Translations under genes and position numbers: made by a program
Notes under the pieces: generated by a model
The model's input: the letters and a program-made list of their open reading frames with translations, nothing else
Databases searched by the model: none
What the model was told of the DNA's origin: nothing
Source of the DNA: Candidatus Pedobacter colombiensis
Lineage (GTDB): Bacteria; Bacteroidota; Bacteroidia; Sphingobacteriales; Sphingobacteriaceae
Length of the DNA stretch: 64,000 nucleotides
Assembly (NCBI GenBank): GCA_029202485.1
Contig: CP119313.1
Coordinates: 4,931,012 to 4,995,011, forward strand
Reading direction: 5' to 3'
Shown: one piece after another, positions 29,682-38,340 of the stretch
Layout of the letters: every line of letters starts with the position of its first letter
Position numbering within the stretch: the stretch's first letter is position 1

Positions 29682-30650
29682 TCAGTGAACAATCACAATC
29701 TTCTTGGTAAACCTTAGGTCAAGCATTTCAAAAACCAGGAAATACATCCCTGGAGAATATTGTAATGTAGAAATTTCCTCCTCATGATAACCTGCATTTC
29801 TATAATCGTCAAAAACAACACCAATGCGCTGTCCCATAACATTGTACAGGCTAACTTTAACTGCAGCGGCAGATGATAAATTAAATCTAAGTTTTGTAAA
29901 TGCATTAGCGGGATTAGGGTAATTCTGTAAAACACCGGCTGCCTGAAAGCGTTCAGAAATCATTTGATTAATTGCATCAAAAAAAACGAAAGCCAAAACA
30001 TGATAGCCTCTGGCATTTGGATGGATATCATCTGAATACAATTGCTTATTCCTTCCTATAACAGCATTAAAATCAGCTAAGCCAATATTTAATTCTTTTG
30101 TAAGACTAGCATAAGCTGCATTAATCTGGTCAATCACCCGATTTCTACGTTGAGCAAGTCTTGCATCGGAGCCCTTACCTGGTGGCTCAACAAAATATTG
30201 AAGTGTACCAATAATAACTGTCAGGTTATGATTTTTTGCACGGGTAACCATTTCGCGCATATTGGCAATGGTAGTACTCACCCTTGCCTTGCCATCCGCG
30301 ATTTGAACGGCATCATTAGCCCCCATTAAAATCAGTAAAAATCCGCTCTGATTAGCTATTGCCACATCAAAACGATTTAATCCTTCAGTGGTTGTTTCAC
30401 CGGCGATACCATAATTTGTAATCACAATAGGCTTTCCTTTATAACAGTTCTCAAGGAAAGATTTTAATGGCCCTTGAAAATTCAAAGGAGCAGGAACTCC
30501 TTGTACAGTACTCGCGCCAAAGGTTACGATATTGATGCTGTCTTTATTATAAAACTGAGCAAAAGGTCCACAAACGGGCGGTCTTCCTTGCGCAAAACAC
30601 ACAAAACTGAGTAATGTAAATAAACATGCTAAACCAAATCCCCTGATCAT
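29682..30650 (-). CDS. SGNH/GDSL hydrolase with T9SS type A C-terminal sorting domain
   Basis: Signal peptide; blocks FGAST, GIAGETT, GAND and DDIHPN; C-terminal QNYPNP...LYNVMGQ...GMYFL...KKIVI. Confidence 0.85.
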   Translation of the reverse strand: MIRGFGLACLFTLLSFVCFAQGRPPVCGPFAQFYNKDSINIVTFGASTVQGVPAPLNFQGPLKSFLENCYKGKPIVITNYGIAGETTTEGLNRFDVAIANQSGFLLILMGANDAVQIADGKARVSTTIANMREMVTRAKNHNLTVIIGTLQYFVEPPGKGSDARLAQRRNRVIDQINAAYASLTKELNIGLADFNAVIGRNKQLYSDDIHPNARGYHVLAFVFFDAINQMISERFQAAGVLQNYPNPANAFTKLRFNLSSAAAVKVSLYNVMGQRIGVVFDDYRNAGYHEEEISTLQYSPGMYFLVFEMLDLRFTKKIVIVH

Positions 30651-30735
30651 ATTATAAACCCCCATTCAAGGATGAATAGAAGGCTTCTCAAATTTAAATT
30701 TTAAATCCAAGACTTCTAGGTTTTTTCACCTTTAA

Positions 30736-31542
30736 TCACTTCTTTTTCTCGAACAAAAAGCCTTTGTCATATGCAACGACCTTATGGTCTATTGACATAA
30801 ACCGTTCACCTTCAACAAAAGAAAAGAAATCTGCTTTAAGTTGGTAAGAACTGAAATGATTTAAAAATCTAGCCTCATTAAAAAACCAGGATGGATATCT
30901 AGCTTCATAAATTTCAGGCGGCACAATTTGTAGGGTAAGTCTATCTAAAGAGGGCTCGTTAATAAATGCCGTTCTATCAAAAAGCAGGTAATCGATCTGG
31001 TAGCTACTTAATTGATCCAGGAATTCGTGTGGTTTTTCGAGATATTGAACAACGCTCGAAAGCAAAACCACATTTACATTCTTTTTAGCCGCAATACAAT
31101 CCTCTATAGTATAGTAAAAATCCAAAACATCATCAGCAAAGTACTTTTTACCTTCGTCAATATATGCCGCTTGTTCAACAATCGACCAGCTCACTTCAAT
31201 TTCCGAAGGAATAAAGTCACGAACCTGAAACCAGGTACTTCCTAATGACCCTCCAAAATCGACCACATTTAACTTATTATTATTTTTGATAGCAATATAC
31301 AATAAGGAAGAGATAATTGAATAGGGATACTCTTTTTTATCAAATAACACAGAATCCCGTTCATATATAGCCTCACCATTCTTGATTTTTAATAATGACT
31401 GCTTTGTTTTTTCAAGAATGTTGCTTGCCTCGTATCCAAAGGCACTGCTTTTTGCTTCATTCCAACTATTAAAGTTTCCAAACCAACCATATTGATTGAC
31501 ATTTTTAGGTTTCTTTTTAAAAGCATTTTTAATCTTGAACAT
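30736..31542 (-). CDS. Putative methyltransferase, TIGR04325 (LIC12133) family
   Basis: GWFGNFNSWNEA, IYERDSVLF, VVDFGGSLGS and WSIVEQ motifs. Confidence 0.8.
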   Translation of the reverse strand: MFKIKNAFKKKPKNVNQYGWFGNFNSWNEAKSSAFGYEASNILEKTKQSLLKIKNGEAIYERDSVLFDKKEYPYSIISSLLYIAIKNNNKLNVVDFGGSLGSTWFQVRDFIPSEIEVSWSIVEQAAYIDEGKKYFADDVLDFYYTIEDCIAAKKNVNVVLLSSVVQYLEKPHEFLDQLSSYQIDYLLFDRTAFINEPSLDRLTLQIVPPEIYEARYPSWFFNEARFLNHFSSYQLKADFFSFVEGERFMSIDHKVVAYDKGFLFEKKK

Positions 31543-31608
31543 TCGCTGATAATTAATTTTCTGCAAAATAGTTAAATAGTCGAATGGTAAAGAAGACTAG
31601 CCATAAAA

Positions 31609-31641
31609 AAAGCGCATTGAAGTTTACCTCCAATGCGCTTT
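31609..31641 (-). terminator. Intrinsic terminator of infB
   Basis: AAAGCGCATTG...CAATGCGCTTT stem with a T tract on the minus strand. Confidence 0.75.
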
Positions 31642-31662
31642 ACAATATAATTGTTCGAAGTT

Positions 31663-34600
31663 TTACAACTTCCTTTTTACTTCGACTTGTTCGTAAGCTT
31701 CAACAATATCGCCAACTTCAATGTTATTGAAGTTATGGATGTTCAATCCGCACTCGTAACCTCTTGATACCTCTTTCACGTCATCTTTATAACGTTTCAA
31801 CGAAGCAAGCTCACCTGTGTAAACGACCACACCATCTCTAACGATACGGATCTTACTGTTACGAGTAATCGTACCATCCAATACCATACAGCCGGCAATA
31901 GTACCAACCTTAGTGATTTTAAAGGTTTCTCTGATCTCAACATTAGCAGTGATCTTCTCTTCAAACTCAGGAGCCAACATACCCTCCATCGCAGCTTTGA
32001 TCTCGTTGATCGCATCATAGATGATAGAATATAAGCGGATATCGATCTGCTCAGCCTCGGCCAGTTTACGCGCTCCAGAAGAAGGACGAACCTGGAAACC
32101 GATGATGATCGCATCAGAAGCAGAAGCTAACAATACATCAGATTCAGAGATCTGACCTACAGCTTTACTAATAATGTTGATTTGGATCTCCTCAGTAGAT
32201 AATTTCAATAATGAGTCAGATAATGCCTCGATAGAACCATCCACATCACCCTTAACGATTAAGTTAAGCTCTTTAAAGTTACCGATAGCCAAACGACGAC
32301 CAATCTCATCCAACGTGATGTGTTTCTGAGTACGAAGCCCTTGCTCACGCATCAACTGTAAACGTTTATTGGCAATCTCTCTAGCTTCAACTTCACTTTC
32401 CAGTGCATTGAATTTATCCCCTGCAGTAGGTGCACCTTGCATACCCAATACCTGTACCGGTACCGATGGGCCTGCTTTATCTACTTTTTGTCCGCGTTCG
32501 TTAAATAACGCTTTAACACGTCCGCTGTAGCTACCAGCAAGAATAGGATCACCCACCTTTAAAGTACCGGCTTGTACAAGAACAGTAGTTACAATACCAC
32601 GTCCTTTATCAAGCGTAGCCTCAATTACACTACCCGTAGCACGCTTATTAGGATTAGCTTTAAGGTCTAATAATTCAGCCTCTAATAAAACTTTTTCCAA
32701 TAGTAAGTCTACATTTAAACCGCTCTTACCCGAAATCTCCTGCGACTGGAAGTTACCTCCCCAATCCTCAACCAGGATATTCATCATAGATAGCTGTTCA
32801 CGTATTTTATCTGAGTTTGCACCCGGTTTATCAATTTTTGTGAAAGCAAATACCAAAGGTACTCCTGCAGCCTGCGCGTGGTTAATCGCCTCTTTTGTTT
32901 GAGGCATTACCGCATCATCCGCAGCAACAACGATAATTGCAATATCCGCAACCTTGGCACCACGAGCACGCATCGCCGTAAAGGCCTCGTGCCCCGGTGT
33001 ATCCAGGAAGGTAACTTGTTTGCCTGTTGCCGTAGTTACCATATAAGCTCCAATGTGCTGGGTAATACCCCCGGCCTCACCTGCAACCACATTCGCTTTA
33101 CGGATATAATCCAGCAATGAGGTCTTACCATGATCCACGTGTCCCATAATGGTTACAACAGGTGCTCTTGGCAATAAATCTTCTTCAGTATCCTCTTCTT
33201 CAATAACGATATCACTTTCATCATCCGGTTTAACGAATTGTATTTCGTAACCAAATTCATCAGCAACAATGGTTAAAGTCTCAGCATCCAAACGCTGGTT
33301 GATCGATACAAACATACCGAGACTCATACAAGTCGCGATAATTTTTGTAACCGGCTCATCCATCATCGTAGCCAATTCATTAGCCGTTACAAACTCCGTA
33401 ACTTTAAGTACACGAGATTGTAATTCCTGCTCCATTGCAGCCTCATCTGCAGACATCGCTACATCATCACGTTTCTGACGACGAAGTTTTGCACGCTGAG
33501 CAAACTTACCAGATTTACCCGCTCCACTTAAACGAGCAAGTGTTGCTTTAATCTGATCTTGTATTTCTTTTTCCGTAGGTTCTTCTTTAGGTCCGCCAGA
33601 AGGAGCTCCCGGTTTGTTGTTTCTAAAGTTAGGCCTGTTGGCTGTATTGTTAGTGTTGTTTCTAAAATCAGGTCTGTTACCAAAAGTAGGTGCAGGTTTA
33701 GGCGCACCCGGCTGTCCGCCTTGTGCTTGCTGGCCACCCTGGTTTTGACCGCCACCGTGTTGTTGTCCATGACCAGCTTGGCCAGGATGTCCACCAGGAG
33801 TTTTCTTGCGTTTACGTTTTCTTTTCGCATCAGCACTTTCTCCCGAAGAAGCTACTGGCTGTGACTTACGATCAGGCGTTACCGGCAAGGTAATCTTTCC
33901 AATGATGTTAGGGCCGGAAAGTTTCACCGAACGTGCTTTTATCACTTCAGTTTCTTCAGGCTTTTCAACTTTTGGCGGTTCAGGAGTCACTTTTGGTGTA
34001 ACTACTGGCTCAGGAGCTTTAACCGCTGGTGCCTCGGCAGCAGGTTTTGGCTGCTCTTCGGCTTTAGGTGTTTCCACAGGCTTAACAGGTTCAGGTTTTA
34101 TTTCTGCAACAGGCTGTTCAACCGGCTTCTCTACTTCCTTAACCGGCTCAGGTGCTTTTTCAACAGGAGCAACTGGCGCTACTGGTACTACAGACGTTTC
34201 GGCCTTAGGTTCCGGTGCTGGAGCGTCCTCTTTCTTAACAGGGCGTGTTTTAGCATTTAAATCATCAAGATTGATCTTTCCTACTATTTTCACACCAGGT
34301 AAAGAACCTTCTTCGGCTTTCTCTTCTACTTTTTCAGCAGCAGGAGCTTCTTCCTTAGGCTTCTCAGCCGGAGGAGTATAAGAATGAAGGTTTTTAATTA
34401 AGATCCCCTCATTTTCAAATTCAACATTTTTTCTAGGTGCTTCCGCAACTTTATCAGTTACTTCCGGCTCATCACGACGAATTTTACCAATAACGATTTG
34501 ATTGGCTTCTTCTTTTACGATTTTATCGCCCTGAAACTCTTTCAACAATGCATTATACATGTCGCGAGAGAGCTTAGTAGTGGGTTTATTCTCAACAGAA

Positions 34601-34695
34601 AAGCCTTTCTTTTCTAAAAACTCAACGGCCGTAGCAATACCTACGTTAAGTTCCTTAACTGCTTTAAATAAAATTATTGGTTTGTCGTCTGACAT
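31663..34695 (-). CDS. infB: Translation initiation factor IF-2
   Basis: [20 protein letters not shown] and VKGDVDGS motifs; long low-complexity N-terminal region. Confidence 0.98.
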   Translation of the reverse strand: MSDDKPIILFKAVKELNVGIATAVEFLEKKGFSVENKPTTKLSRDMYNALLKEFQGDKIVKEEANQIVIGKIRRDEPEVTDKVAEAPRKNVEFENEGILIKNLHSYTPPAEKPKEEAPAAEKVEEKAEEGSLPGVKIVGKINLDDLNAKTRPVKKEDAPAPEPKAETSVVPVAPVAPVEKAPEPVKEVEKPVEQPVAEIKPEPVKPVETPKAEEQPKPAAEAPAVKAPEPVVTPKVTPEPPKVEKPEETEVIKARSVKLSGPNIIGKITLPVTPDRKSQPVASSGESADAKRKRKRKKTPGGHPGQAGHGQQHGGGQNQGGQQAQGGQPGAPKPAPTFGNRPDFRNNTNNTANRPNFRNNKPGAPSGGPKEEPTEKEIQDQIKATLARLSGAGKSGKFAQRAKLRRQKRDDVAMSADEAAMEQELQSRVLKVTEFVTANELATMMDEPVTKIIATCMSLGMFVSINQRLDAETLTIVADEFGYEIQFVKPDDESDIVIEEEDTEEDLLPRAPVVTIMGHVDHGKTSLLDYIRKANVVAGEAGGITQHIGAYMVTTATGKQVTFLDTPGHEAFTAMRARGAKVADIAIIVVAADDAVMPQTKEAINHAQAAGVPLVFAFTKIDKPGANSDKIREQLSMMNILVEDWGGNFQSQEISGKSGLNVDLLLEKVLLEAELLDLKANPNKRATGSVIEATLDKGRGIVTTVLVQAGTLKVGDPILAGSYSGRVKALFNERGQKVDKAGPSVPVQVLGMQGAPTAGDKFNALESEVEAREIANKRLQLMREQGLRTQKHITLDEIGRRLAIGNFKELNLIVKGDVDGSIEALSDSLLKLSTEEIQINIISKAVGQISESDVLLASASDAIIIGFQVRPSSGARKLAEAEQIDIRLYSIIYDAINEIKAAMEGMLAPEFEEKITANVEIRETFKITKVGTIAGCMVLDGTITRNSKIRIVRDGVVVYTGELASLKRYKDDVKEVSRGYECGLNIHNFNNIEVGDIVEAYEQVEVKRKL

Positions 34696-34811
34696 TGATA
34701 TCCTATTTTTTCTTTAATTCTTATACAAAAGTAACGTTTATTCTTATTTATTTCATGTGTATGCAATTAGTTTTTAATTACTACATTATTTTATAAAAAC
34801 CATAGCCAACG

Positions 34812-36047
34812 TTATTCAAACTCTGATTTTAAAATACTCATGACTTCTTTGATGGTCTCTTCTTCTAAATCGGTACGTTTTACCAACTCATCAACAGACA
34901 AAGCCAATACACTCTTAGCTGTATCACAGCCAACAGATTTCAGCTCATCAATGATCCAGCTATCGATTTCGTCCGAGAACTCTTCGATATCCACATCCTC
35001 ATCTTCTTCACCTGCTTCGCGGTATACATCAATTTCATAACCGGTTAATTTACCAGCTAATTTAATGTTATGTCCACCACGACCAATTGCCAACGAAACC
35101 TGATCCGGCTTCAAATAAACTGAAGCATGTTTAGTTTCATCATCTAATTTAATAGAGGTGATTTTTGCAGGACTCAACGCCCTGGTTATATATAGTGAGA
35201 TATTATTTGTAAAGTTAATTACATCAATATTCTCATTTTTAAGCTCTCTAACGATACCGTGAATACGTGAACCTTTCATACCAACACAGGCACCCACCGG
35301 ATCAATCCTGTCGTCGTAAGATTCAACCGCAACCTTAGCGCGCTCTCCCGGTTCACGAACAATTTTCTTAATGGTAATCAAACCATCAAAAATCTCAGGA
35401 ACCTCGATTTCAAATAAACGTTGTAAAAACTCAGGCGCAATTCTCGAGATAATGATCTTTGGCGTAGCATTTACCATATCCACTTTCAAAATCACGGCAC
35501 GAACAGCATCTCCTTTTTTGAAATAATCAGCTGGAATTTGCTCAGTTTTAGGCATCATCAACTCATTACCTTCATCATCAAGCACCAAGGTTTCTTTTTT
35601 CCAAACCTGATAAACCTCACCGGTAACGATCTCGCCAACTCTGTCTTTATATTTTTTAAAGATCTCGTCTTTCTCTAATTCCAATACTTTAGAAACCAAG
35701 GTCTGACGAGCAGCTAAAATCGCTCTACGACCAAAGCTTTCCAAAGTGATCTGCTCAATGTAGTCGTCACCAACTTCCATATCCGGATCTAATTGCTTTA
35801 CCTCTGCCAATTCAATTTCCAAATCATCATCTTCAGAAAAGCCATCTTCCATCACTTTTCTGGTACGCCAGATTTCCAAATCTCCGTTGTCCGGGTTAAC
35901 AATTACGTCGCAATTCTCATCCGTACCATATTTTTTACGCAACATACTGCGAAATACCTCTTCCAGCACACTAATCACTGTAGGACGGTCGATGTTCTTG
36001 AAGTCTTTAAACTCTTGAAATGAATCGATTAAATTAATATTGCTCAT
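34812..36047 (-). CDS. nusA: Transcription termination/antitermination factor NusA
   Basis: N-domain, S1 and KH domains (IDPVGACVGMKGSRI, AIGRGGHN). Confidence 0.98.
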   Translation of the reverse strand: MSNINLIDSFQEFKDFKNIDRPTVISVLEEVFRSMLRKKYGTDENCDVIVNPDNGDLEIWRTRKVMEDGFSEDDDLEIELAEVKQLDPDMEVGDDYIEQITLESFGRRAILAARQTLVSKVLELEKDEIFKKYKDRVGEIVTGEVYQVWKKETLVLDDEGNELMMPKTEQIPADYFKKGDAVRAVILKVDMVNATPKIIISRIAPEFLQRLFEIEVPEIFDGLITIKKIVREPGERAKVAVESYDDRIDPVGACVGMKGSRIHGIVRELKNENIDVINFTNNISLYITRALSPAKITSIKLDDETKHASVYLKPDQVSLAIGRGGHNIKLAGKLTGYEIDVYREAGEEDEDVDIEEFSDEIDSWIIDELKSVGCDTAKSVLALSVDELVKRTDLEEETIKEVMSILKSEFE

Positions 36048-36049
36048 TT

Positions 36050-36514
36050 TTATTTAAATGAAATTAAAACCTTTGTTTCTGTTATATCATTAAAGTCTAT
36101 GCTGGTCTCTACCAACTGAACCTTTTTACCTTTTTCTTTAACCTTTGCCTCTATGGTTATGCTGTTTTCATCAGCACTTAACAATTTCCCTTCTTTCACT
36201 TCACCACCAGCCAGCTTTACACTCAGCTCACGTCCAATATTTTTAATATACTGTCTTTTAAGCTTTAAAGGTTCGCCGACACCTGGCGAAGATACTTCCA
36301 GATTATAAGCCTTTTCAATTGCATTCTCCTCTTCCAAATGAAAACCCACATGCCTGCTAATGGCTGCGCAATCCTGGATACTAATTCCCTGATCGCCATC
36401 AACATGAATAATCAGCTTATTATTTGGCAGCATCCTTACCTCAACTAAAAACAACTCCGGCCTATCCGAAATCTTCTCTTCAACTAATTCTGTTACTCTT
36501 TTTTCTACCTGCAT
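36050..36514 (-). CDS. rimP: Ribosome maturation factor RimP
   Basis: DCAAISR, YNLEVSSPGVGEPL; start MQVEKRV at 36514 (the upstream extension in the ORF track covers the leader). Confidence 0.95.
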   Translation of the reverse strand: MQVEKRVTELVEEKISDRPELFLVEVRMLPNNKLIIHVDGDQGISIQDCAAISRHVGFHLEEENAIEKAYNLEVSSPGVGEPLKLKRQYIKNIGRELSVKLAGGEVKEGKLLSADENSITIEAKVKEKGKKVQLVETSIDFNDITETKVLISFK

Positions 36515-36529
36515 AACCAATTTGCCAAT

Positions 36530-36583
36530 AATAGAAAAGAGGGGACTTCTGCCCCCTCTTACCTCTATTACAGTGCAAATGTA
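36530..36583 (-). promoter_or_regulatory. rimP promoter (-7 TACATTTG) and rimP-leader-type attenuator hairpin
   Basis: AAGAGGGGGC-agaa-GTCCCCTCTT followed by TTCTATT, between the -7 box (36576-36583) and the start codon. Confidence 0.75.
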
Positions 36584-36668
36584 AGAAATATTTTTATAAA
36601 TTAAAAATGCTATGCCACAATGAGTTCTAATAACCATAGCTTTATTCTCAAGAAATAAGGTTTTGCAA

Positions 36669-37106
36669 TTATCTCTTTAGCAGTTGCCTATACGTCCTTA
36701 CTCCGGGTTTCAACTCACTTTTTAACAATTCCTTTACAGTTCCAAACCGGGCATTCAAATGCGTCACAACTAAATAATCTCTTCCTTTAACAAATGGAAC
36801 TTTAGGGATAAAAACAAGGTTACTGTCGGTAACTACAACCTTCCCCTCAACAGGAAGCTCTTTTAACGTCGAATCCAGTTCAGATGGCGTTTGCAAAACA
36901 GAGACCAAATCATTCAGTACCGAATCCCCATCAAGAGAATCGTTTTGTAACTGCAATAACCCAGCACGATTGATATGATCAAATACAATAGCCGAGCTAT
37001 CAGCAGAGAAACCAATTAAAAGTGGCTTGTTATTTGCTGATGAACATGAAAACAAAATAATGGCAAAGAAAAAAATGCCAAACTGCTTAACAAAACGTTT
37101 AACCAT
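36669..37106 (-). CDS. Hypothetical lipoprotein
   Basis: Lipobox LFSC after a hydrophobic stretch; 145-aa ORF. Confidence 0.65.
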   Translation of the reverse strand: MVKRFVKQFGIFFFAIILFSCSSANNKPLLIGFSADSSAIVFDHINRAGLLQLQNDSLDGDSVLNDLVSVLQTPSELDSTLKELPVEGKVVVTDSNLVFIPKVPFVKGRDYLVVTHLNARFGTVKELLKSELKPGVRTYRQLLKR

Positions 37107-37124
37107 ACCGCTAAATTAAACATT

Positions 37125-37475
37125 ATGAAATTTATTATAGAAATGTTATTGACAGGGCTTGCTGTATTTATAGGAGCACGTTATATAGTATCAGGCGTTA
37201 CAGTAGACAGCTTCGGAACAGCTGTTATTGCTGCTGTTTTAATTGCACTAGCCAATGCAACTATTGGATTTATTTTACGAGTACTTACTTTTCCTATTAA
37301 TTTTTTAACGCTTGGGCTGGTTTCATTCATCATTTCTGTGTTGATGATCCTATTAGTCTCCAACATAATGACAGGGTTTCACACATCAGGATTCTGGTCA
37401 GCGGCATTTTTAGCAATTGTTGTAGCGATCATGAAGGCCATATTCAGCTCTATTGCCGGAACAGAAAAAAACTAG
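37125..37475 (+). CDS. Four-TM membrane protein, YvlD/'phage holin family' (superfamily IV)
   Basis: Four hydrophobic helices; TFPINFLTLGL motif. Confidence 0.85.
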   Translation: MKFIIEMLLTGLAVFIGARYIVSGVTVDSFGTAVIAAVLIALANATIGFILRVLTFPINFLTLGLVSFIISVLMILLVSNIMTGFHTSGFWSAAFLAIVVAIMKAIFSSIAGTEKN

Positions 37476-37509
37476 GTAGTACCTCTGCCCTGAGGTGGTG
37501 AGAGGGGGA

Positions 37510-38043
37510 TTATTTCCCTTTTCGCTTAAAGCCTATTTCTGATCTTGGTTTATCCTCTTTTTCAATGAATTTACTTAGATAAGTGAACAACACCTTTATC
37601 TTTTCATCCTGTTTACTCAGCTTCTTCTCTACTTGTTCAACAAGCAGAGAAACATCTTTATGTAACAGTATTATTTCCCTTAACTTCACAAACACCTCTA
37701 TAATACGTATGCTCATCTGTATTGCTTTCTCATTCTTCAATACATTCGACAGCATAAGCACACCATGTTCTGTGAACACATATGGTAAAGCCCCTCCAAG
37801 TACCTGCTTTGATGGTATCGCATTTTGCGATACCATGCATTCTACTTCCTCTTCGGTTAGCTGCATCATAAAGTTTTCCGGAAACCGCTCCTTATTACGT
37901 TTCACCTGCTCTCTTAAACGTATAGCTTTAACTCCATAGAGTTCAGCAAGATCCCTATCCAACATCACTTTCTGATCCCGAATCACATAGATCTTGTTCA
38001 TTACCACTTCATCAGGTATAACTACAGCATTGGTTTGGTTCAT
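37510..38043 (-). CDS. ORF6N domain DNA-binding protein
   Basis: IYVIRDQKVMLDRDLAELYGV, QVKRNKERFPENFM, PYVFTEHGVLMLS and C-terminal IGFK motifs. Confidence 0.9.
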   Translation of the reverse strand: MNQTNAVVIPDEVVMNKIYVIRDQKVMLDRDLAELYGVKAIRLREQVKRNKERFPENFMMQLTEEEVECMVSQNAIPSKQVLGGALPYVFTEHGVLMLSNVLKNEKAIQMSIRIIEVFVKLREIILLHKDVSLLVEQVEKKLSKQDEKIKVLFTYLSKFIEKEDKPRSEIGFKRKGK

Positions 38044-38086
38044 ACTACTAATATATTTACATAGTTATATATCTTGGTTATTTTTC

Positions 38087-38107
38087 AACGGATAGTGCTT
38101 ATCCGTT
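38087..38107. promoter_or_regulatory. Inverted repeat AACGGATA-N5-TATCCGTT upstream of the ORF6N gene
   Basis: Perfect 8-bp arms, 44-64 bp upstream of the start codon. Confidence 0.5.
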
Positions 38108-38204
38108 CTGTACTGCTTACATATTTATGGCCGGACATATCCAATCAGTTGACTCCATCCCATCAGGATCAATAAACCTGAAAAGAAAAACCCCTTAAAC
38201 AGCA

Positions 38205-38229
38205 AAAGCCTTGCTAAAAACAAGGCTTT
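38205..38229 (-). terminator. Probable tex terminator
   Basis: AAAGCCTTG-N7-CAAGGCTTT stem followed by T-rich sequence on the minus strand. Confidence 0.65.
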
Positions 38230-38340
38230 AAAACTTTTCTGTTGTATCGGTGCATTGAATGAGGCCAGTTGTTCCAAGGCGCACATCTACACTACTACTA
38301 CTTAGAACAACGACATGTTTAGCGGTAATATTTTCTTCCT

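Noticed and set aside
33806-34381. 191-aa plus-strand ORF and other long antisense ORFs (for example 52582..53076, 61170..61721, 31797..32114)
   Set aside because: These are shadow frames opposite conserved genes (infB, GH3, pyk), with composition explained by sense-strand codon bias.
37125-38043. Prophage remnant suggested by a 'phage holin family' gene next to ORF6N
   Set aside because: YvlD-type four-TM proteins are common chromosomal genes. The two genes are convergent, and there is no integrase, endolysin, structural or replication gene nearby.
38125-38286. 53-aa minus-strand ORF (MCALEQLASF...GYVRP) with a hydrophobic C-terminal half
   Set aside because: It runs through the probable tex terminator, its hydrophobicity follows from the T-rich strand, and I recognise no family or promoter. 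It cannot be excluded without Ribo-seq.
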